DNA from: a bacterium
Lineage (GTDB): Bacteria; UBA8248
DNA: 64,000 nt
Assembly: GCA_963692865.2 (NCBI GenBank)
Contig: OY843592.1
Location: forward strand, 1,536,001 to 1,600,000
Direction of reading: 5' to 3'
How positions within the stretch are numbered: the stretch's first letter is position 1; every line of letters begins with the position of its first letter. Positions 58,637 to 64,000 of this stretch are shown piece after piece. Both the position numbers and the translations under genes were made by a program. Under the pieces are notes generated by a model, which did not search any database, was not told the DNA's origin, and was given only the letters and a program-made list of their open reading frames with translations.

Positions 58637-59815
58637 ATGGCGAAGGCGAAGTTTGAGCGCACGAAGCCGCACGTGAACGTAGGGACGATAGGACACGTGG
58701 ACCATGGGAAGACGACGTTGACGGCGGCGATCACGAAGCACCTCTCTGAGAAGGGGATGGCGGAGGAGGTCGGCTTCGACGAGATCGACAAGGCGCCGGA
58801 GGAGCGCGAGCGGGGTATCACGATAGCGACGGCGCACGTGGAGTACGAGACGGCGAACCGCCACTACGCGCACGTGGATTGTCCGGGCCATGCGGACTAC
58901 GTGAAGAACATGATAACGGGCGCGGCGCAGATGGACGGGGCGATACTGGTTGTTTCTGCGGCGGACGGGCCGATGCCGCAGACGCGCGAGCACATTCTTC
59001 TGGCCCGCCAGGTGGGGGTTCCCTACATCTGCGTGTATTTGAACAAGGTGGACATGGTGGACGACGAGGAGTTGCTGGAGTTGGTGGAGTTGGAGGTCCG
59101 CGAGTTGCTCTCGACGTACGAGTTTCCGGGCGACGACATACCTGTGGTTCCGGGTTCCGCGCTTAGGGCTCTGGAGGGGAGCGACACCTCCTCGATAGAC
59201 GCTTTGATGGAGGCGGTGGACGGCTACATCCCGGAGCCGGTGCGGGACGTGGACAAGCCGTTCCTGATGCCGGTTGAGGACGTGTTCTCGATATCGGGCC
59301 GTGGCACGGTGGCGACGGGCCGGGTGGAGCGCGGGATCGTGAACGTGGGGGACGAGGTGGAGATCGTGGGCATCACGGACACGAGGAAGACGGTGGCGAC
59401 GGGGGTTGAGATGTTCCGGAAGCTCCTGGATCAGGGCCAGGCGGGGGACAACGTGGGCGTGTTGCTGAGGGGTGTTAAGAAAGACGAGATAGAGCGGGGC
59501 CAGGTTCTGGCGGAGCCCGCATCGATCAAGCCGCACTTGAAGTTCAAGGGCGAGGTGTACATCCTGACGAAGGAGGAGGGGGGCCGCCACACGCCGTTTT
59601 TCAACGGTTACAGGCCGCAGTTTTATTTCCGAACGACGGACGTTACGGGATTGGTGACGCTGCCCGAGGGGCGTGAGATGGTGATGCCGGGGGACAACGT
59701 GTCTTTGGACGTTGAGTTGATCACGCCGATAGCGATGGAGCGGGAGCTTCGCTTCGCGATACGCGAAGGGGGCCGCACGGTGGGGGCCGGCGTCGTCACC
59801 GAGGTCGTCGAGTAG
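58637..59815 (+). CDS. tuf: Elongation factor Tu (copy 2)
   Basis: Protein identical to copy 1. Confidence 0.99.
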   Translation: MAKAKFERTKPHVNVGTIGHVDHGKTTLTAAITKHLSEKGMAEEVGFDEIDKAPEERERGITIATAHVEYETANRHYAHVDCPGHADYVKNMITGAAQMDGAILVVSAADGPMPQTREHILLARQVGVPYICVYLNKVDMVDDEELLELVELEVRELLSTYEFPGDDIPVVPGSALRALEGSDTSSIDALMEAVDGYIPEPVRDVDKPFLMPVEDVFSISGRGTVATGRVERGIVNVGDEVEIVGITDTRKTVATGVEMFRKLLDQGQAGDNVGVLLRGVKKDEIERGQVLAEPASIKPHLKFKGEVYILTKEEGGRHTPFFNGYRPQFYFRTTDVTGLVTLPEGREMVMPGDNVSLDVELITPIAMERELRFAIREGGRTVGAGVVTEVVE

Positions 59816-59839
59816 GCGACGGAAGGATAGCGCGAGAAG

Positions 59840-60148
59840 ATGAGCCAGAAGATTCGGATTCGACTGAAGGCGTACGATCACCGTCTGCTGGACCAATCGG
59901 TGGGCGAGATTGTCGATACGGTGAAGCGCACGGGCGCTTCGCTCGTGGGGCCGGTGCCGCTGCCCACTTCCATCAACAAGTACACGGTGCTGCGCGGCCC
60001 GCACATCGACAAGAAATCGAGAGAGCAGTTCGAGATCCGGACGCACAAGAGGCTCGTGGACATCATGGAACCCACGCAGCAGACGGTGGATGCGCTCATG
60101 AAGCTCGAACTCGCCGCCGGCGTGGACGTCGAGATCAAGCTGAACTAG
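59840..60148 (+). CDS. rpsJ: 30S ribosomal protein S10
   Basis: [17 protein letters not shown]. Confidence 0.99.
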   Translation: MSQKIRIRLKAYDHRLLDQSVGEIVDTVKRTGASLVGPVPLPTSINKYTVLRGPHIDKKSREQFEIRTHKRLVDIMEPTQQTVDALMKLELAAGVDVEIKLN

Positions 60149-60158
60149 GCGGGATGAT

Positions 60159-60875
60159 GTGATGCAATTTTTACTTGGCCGGAAGATCGGGATGACCCAG
60201 GTGTTCTCGCCGGATGGCGGAGCCATTTCGGTGACGGTGGTCGAGGCGGGCCCCTGCACCGTCGTACAGCGCAAGACCGAAGAGAACGACGGCTATGCGG
60301 CCGTTCAACTCGGGTATTTGCCCCGAAAGGAAAAGGGTCTCTCAAAGGCGGCCCTGGGCCATTTTCAAAAAGCGGGTACGCAGCCTTTTCGCTACCTCCG
60401 GGAGGTTCCGCTGGAGGATGAGGACGCGGAACTCGAGGCCGGCAACCTCATCGACGTGACGATATTCGATCGCGGCGACCGCCTCGACGTGACGGGCACG
60501 AGCAAGGGACGCGGCTTCGCCGGCGTGATGAAGCGTCATGGATTCGGCGGCGGGCCGGCGTCCCACGGCGGCATGTTCGATCGCCTCCCGGGGGCGATGG
60601 GGGCTTCGGCATATCCCTCGAAAATCATCAAGGGGAAGAAAATGCCGGGCCAGATGGGGAACGAAAAGGTCACCACGCAGGGGCTTTTGGTGGTGGACGT
60701 CATCCCCGAGGAGAATTTGCTTCTGCTCAGAGGCGCCGTGCCCGGGGCGAACAATGGATTCGTGGTTCTGCGCAAGAGCGTCAAGGGCAACAGGGGCGGA
60801 CTGGAAAAACCGAAAGAGCAGGCCAGGAGCCTGAATCCCCTGAAGGCTTCCAAGCGGGCCGCGCGAGGGAGTTGA
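60159..60875 (+). CDS. rplC: 50S ribosomal protein L3
   Basis: GRKIGMTQ, SKGRGFAG, KMPGQMG. Confidence 0.98.
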   Translation: MMQFLLGRKIGMTQVFSPDGGAISVTVVEAGPCTVVQRKTEENDGYAAVQLGYLPRKEKGLSKAALGHFQKAGTQPFRYLREVPLEDEDAELEAGNLIDVTIFDRGDRLDVTGTSKGRGFAGVMKRHGFGGGPASHGGMFDRLPGAMGASAYPSKIIKGKKMPGQMGNEKVTTQGLLVVDVIPEENLLLLRGAVPGANNGFVVLRKSVKGNRGGLEKPKEQARSLNPLKASKRAARGS

Positions 60876-60883
60876 GGAGCGAG

Positions 60884-61510
60884 ATGCCCCAGATTGATGT
60901 GTATGACCTCGAAGGAGAGGTGGTGGAGCAGATGGATCTGCCCGAGTCCGTTTTCGACGGTGAGGTGAAGATGCACCTGATCCACCAGATGGTGAAGGCG
61001 CAACTCGCGGCGCGGCGCGCAGGCACGCATTCGACGCTGACGCGCAAGGAAGTGCACGGCACGGGAGCGAAGCCCTTCCGGCAAAAGGGCGGGGGACGCG
61101 CTCGGGCGGGCGACGTGAAATCCCCGATATGGCGCCACGGCGGGGTCACCTTCGGCCCCAAGCCGCGCGATTACAGCCAGAAGATGAACAAGAAGATGAA
61201 AAGCGGCGCGCTCAGGAGCGCCCTGAACTTGAAGTGGAAAGAAGGGAAGCTGCTCATCGTGCGCGACCTCAATCTGCCCGAGCCCAGGACGCGCCTCATG
61301 GTGGAAGTCATCGGGAATCTGAATCTGGGCCGAAAGGCGCTGATCGTGGATGACGGGGGCGAGCGGAATTTCGAGTTGGCGACGAGAAACATCAAGGGTG
61401 CGAAGCCGATGCGGCCCGAAGGCCTGAACGTATACGACATCATGGGCCACGAGCACCTCGTTTGCACCAAGGGCGCGCTCGGCGGCATCTCGGAAAGGTT
61501 GGCGGGCTAG
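60884..61510 (+). CDS. rplD: 50S ribosomal protein L4
   Basis: [22 protein letters not shown]. Confidence 0.98.
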   Translation: MPQIDVYDLEGEVVEQMDLPESVFDGEVKMHLIHQMVKAQLAARRAGTHSTLTRKEVHGTGAKPFRQKGGGRARAGDVKSPIWRHGGVTFGPKPRDYSQKMNKKMKSGALRSALNLKWKEGKLLIVRDLNLPEPRTRLMVEVIGNLNLGRKALIVDDGGERNFELATRNIKGAKPMRPEGLNVYDIMGHEHLVCTKGALGGISERLAG

Positions 61511-61512
61511 GC

Positions 61513-61800
61513 ATGGAGAACACATCCATCATCCGCAGGCCCTGCGTGACGGAAAAAAGCATCGCGAGCACCGAGGAGGCGAACAAGGTCGTCTTCGAGG
61601 TAGCCGTTGATGCGAACAAGATAGAGATAAAAAAGGCGGTGCAGGAGTTGTTCGGCGTCACGGTGCTGAACGTGAACACGATGCGGGTGCCCGGAAAGAA
61701 GGTTCGCATGGGCCGCTACCAGGGCGTCAAGCCAGCATGGAAAAAAGCGATTGTGACGCTGCGCGAAGGCGACACCATCGAGTTTTTTGAATCCGCTTAG
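61513..61800 (+). CDS. rplW: 50S ribosomal protein L23
   Basis: [22 protein letters not shown]. Confidence 0.98.
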   Translation: MENTSIIRRPCVTEKSIASTEEANKVVFEVAVDANKIEIKKAVQELFGVTVLNVNTMRVPGKKVRMGRYQGVKPAWKKAIVTLREGDTIEFFESA

Positions 61801-61817
61801 TTTTTGAGGCGAGCATT

Positions 61818-62648
61818 ATGCCGGTGAAAAAATACAAGCCGACTTCTCCGGGGCGGAGATTTCAGGACGTTCTCCTGCGGGAGGAGATTACGACGGATCG
61901 CCCCGAGAAGTCCCTGACCAAGGGGATGTCGAAGTCCGGCGGAAGGAACAACCGGGGCCGCATCACCACCTACCAGAGGGGCGGAGGCCACAAGCGCCGC
62001 TACCGGGTGGTGGATTTCCGTCGTGAGAAGATTGGCGTGCCCGGCAAGGTGCGCTCCATCGAATACGACCCGAACCGCTCCGCGCGCTTGGCGCTCATCG
62101 TTTATCTGGACGGGGAGAAGCGCTACATCATCGCGCCCGACGGCCTCGAAGTGGGCGCGACCGTCAGTTCCGGACCCGACGCGGAGATTCGCGCCGGCAA
62201 CGCGCTGCCCGTGGAGCGGATTCCGCTGGGCACCACGTGCCACAACATCGAGATGAAGCCCGGACGCGGGGGACAAATCGCCCGCAGCGCGGGCGTGAGC
62301 GCCCAGCTCATGGCGAAGGAGGGGAATTATGCGCAGTTCCGGCTCTCCTCCGGCGAGGTCCGCATGATTCACCTTGCTTGCTACGCCACGATTGGCGAGG
62401 TGGGAAATTCCGACCACAGCAACGTGAGCCTCGGCAAGGCGGGCCGCAAGCGCTGGCTGGGCCGTCGCCCCAACGTCCGCGGCGTGGCCATGAACCCGGT
62501 GGATCATCCCCTGGGCGGCGGCGAGGGCAAGAGTTCGGGAGGCAGGCACCCGGTGACCCCGTGGGGCAAGCCGACGAAAGGATACAAGACGCGCAAGAAG
62601 GACAAGCCTTCTTCCAAATTCATCGTGCGGCGAAGAAAATCCAGGTAG
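61818..62648 (+). CDS. rplB: 50S ribosomal protein L2
   Basis: [25 protein letters not shown]. Confidence 0.99.
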   Translation: MPVKKYKPTSPGRRFQDVLLREEITTDRPEKSLTKGMSKSGGRNNRGRITTYQRGGGHKRRYRVVDFRREKIGVPGKVRSIEYDPNRSARLALIVYLDGEKRYIIAPDGLEVGATVSSGPDAEIRAGNALPVERIPLGTTCHNIEMKPGRGGQIARSAGVSAQLMAKEGNYAQFRLSSGEVRMIHLACYATIGEVGNSDHSNVSLGKAGRKRWLGRRPNVRGVAMNPVDHPLGGGEGKSSGGRHPVTPWGKPTKGYKTRKKDKPSSKFIVRRRKSR

Positions 62649-62674
62649 CCGGATTTCAGGGAGATTGGATAGCG

Positions 62675-62959
62675 ATGCCACGTTCTCTTCATAAGGGGCC
62701 ATTCGTAGACGCTCACCTTCGCAAGAAAGTGGAGGCGATGGACGAGAGCGGCGAGAAGCGGATGATCAGGACCTGGTCGAGGCGTTCCACCATCGTCCCG
62801 GATTTCGTCGGCCATACGTTCGCCGTACATAACGGCAAGAAATTCATACCCGTGTACGTGACGGAGAACATGGTGGGCTTCAAACTCGGGGATTTTTCAC
62901 CCACCCGCACGTTCCGCTCGCACTCGGGAATGACGAAGCGCCAGGTTACGCTGAAGTAG
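62675..62959 (+). CDS. rpsS: 30S ribosomal protein S19
   Basis: [21 protein letters not shown]. Confidence 0.99.
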   Translation: MPRSLHKGPFVDAHLRKKVEAMDESGEKRMIRTWSRRSTIVPDFVGHTFAVHNGKKFIPVYVTENMVGFKLGDFSPTRTFRSHSGMTKRQVTLK

Positions 62960-62997
62960 GTTTTGGTGGATAAGGGCGATATAGGCAAGGGAATGAC

Positions 62998-63333
62998 ATG
63001 TCCAAGGCGATTTTGAAGTATTACAGAGCCAAGCCGCGCAAGACGCGCCAGGTAGCGGACATGGTTCGCGGCAAGCGCGTGGCGGACGCCCTCAACCTTT
63101 TGCGCTTGTCCACGCGCTCATCGGCCAAGGTGGTGGAGAAGGTGATTCTCTCCGCCCTCGCGAACGCCACCGACAAGGGTGAGCACGACGACCCCGAAGG
63201 TCTCGTCGTGAAGAGCATTCGGGTGGACGCGGGGCCGACGCTCAAGCGGTTCCGCGCGCGCGCGCGGGGGCGCATCGGCCGCGTCAAACACAGAAGTTGC
63301 CACATTCGCGTGGATATCGGCGAAGCGAGTTAG
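62998..63333 (+). CDS. rplV: 50S ribosomal protein L22
   Basis: SALANA, VDAGPTLKR. Confidence 0.98.
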   Translation: MSKAILKYYRAKPRKTRQVADMVRGKRVADALNLLRLSTRSSAKVVEKVILSALANATDKGEHDDPEGLVVKSIRVDAGPTLKRFRARARGRIGRVKHRSCHIRVDIGEAS

Positions 63334-63342
63334 GGAGACAAT

Positions 63343-64000
63343 ATGGGTCAAAAAGTTCACCCCATCGGTTTTCGGGTCGGAATCACCAGGGGCTGGAATT
63401 CGCACTGGTTCACCAAGCACAATTTCGGCGACCTGCTTCTGGACGATCTGCGTATCCGCAAGTACGTCAAGGAGCGCCTCTCGCACGCAGGCGTGAGCAA
63501 CGTGGAGATAGAGCGCGCCAGCCAGCGGGCGCGCATCAACATCTGGACGGCGCGGCCGGGCATCATCATCGGAAAGCGCGGCGCGGAGGTGGACAGGCTG
63601 AAGGCGGATCTGCAAGAACTCACCGGCAACCAGGTGAACGTGAACATCAAGGAAGTGCGCAAGGCCGAGATGGACGCCCAACTCGTGGCGGAGAACATCG
63701 CCATGCAGCTTGAACGCCGGATCGCCTTTCGCCGCGCGATGAAAAAAGCGGTGACCTCGGCCCTTCGCTTCGGCGCCAAGGGCGTGAAGATTCAGTGCTC
63801 CGGCAGACTGGGGGGCGCGGAGATTGCGCGAACCGAGTGGTACCGTGAAGGGCGCGTACCGCTCCAGACCCTTCGAGCGGACATCGACTACGGGTTCGCC
63901 GAGGGGAAGACGACGTACGGGATCATCGGCGTGAAGGTCTGGATATTCAGAGGCGAGATGATCCGCCAGGCGAGAAGGACGCCTTCCCAGACCCTGGGTT
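63343..64000 (+). CDS. rpsC: 30S ribosomal protein S3, 3'-partial
   Basis: [11 protein letters not shown]..., [11 protein letters not shown]; runs off the window end. Confidence 0.98.
   Translation, partial: MGQKVHPIGFRVGITRGWNSHWFTKHNFGDLLLDDLRIRKYVKERLSHAGVSNVEIERASQRARINIWTARPGIIIGKRGAEVDRLKADLQELTGNQVNVNIKEVRKAEMDAQLVAENIAMQLERRIAFRRAMKKAVTSALRFGAKGVKIQCSGRLGGAEIARTEWYREGRVPLQTLRADIDYGFAEGKTTYGIIGVKVWIFRGEMIRQARRTPSQTLG

Overview
GC-rich bacterial chromosomal window. The lineage is uncertain; gene order and RpoB features suggest Nitrospinota/Tectomicrobia-like or related deep-branching Gram-negatives (inference). The right third (about 35.8-64 kb) is conserved housekeeping: yacL-ispD-ispF-cysS-rlmB, tRNA-Thr/Tyr/Gly/Thr, tuf, tRNA-Trp, secE-nusG-rplKAJL-rpoBC, rpsL-rpsG-fusA-tuf and the start of the S10 operon. 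The left part mixes groES-groEL (with CIRCE), a TbpB-like surface protein, metabolic and transport genes, and an AT-richer accessory islet at 11.8-15.1 kb. Its intergenic regions carry many nested REP/MITE-like palindromes. Most notable: (1) a tandemly duplicated module of a DUF6338-like membrane protein plus an unannotated 42-45 aa peptide ending KPKPPPAPPPKK; (2) a sigma54-promoter-driven, terminator-bounded, hairpin-rich ~220-nt candidate sRNA; (3) an OsmC-family selenoprotein split in the ORF track by an in-frame UGA with a SECIS-like hairpin; (4) an orphan ~120-nt structured element behind the TbpB-like gene. All family assignments come from motif recognition, not database searches.
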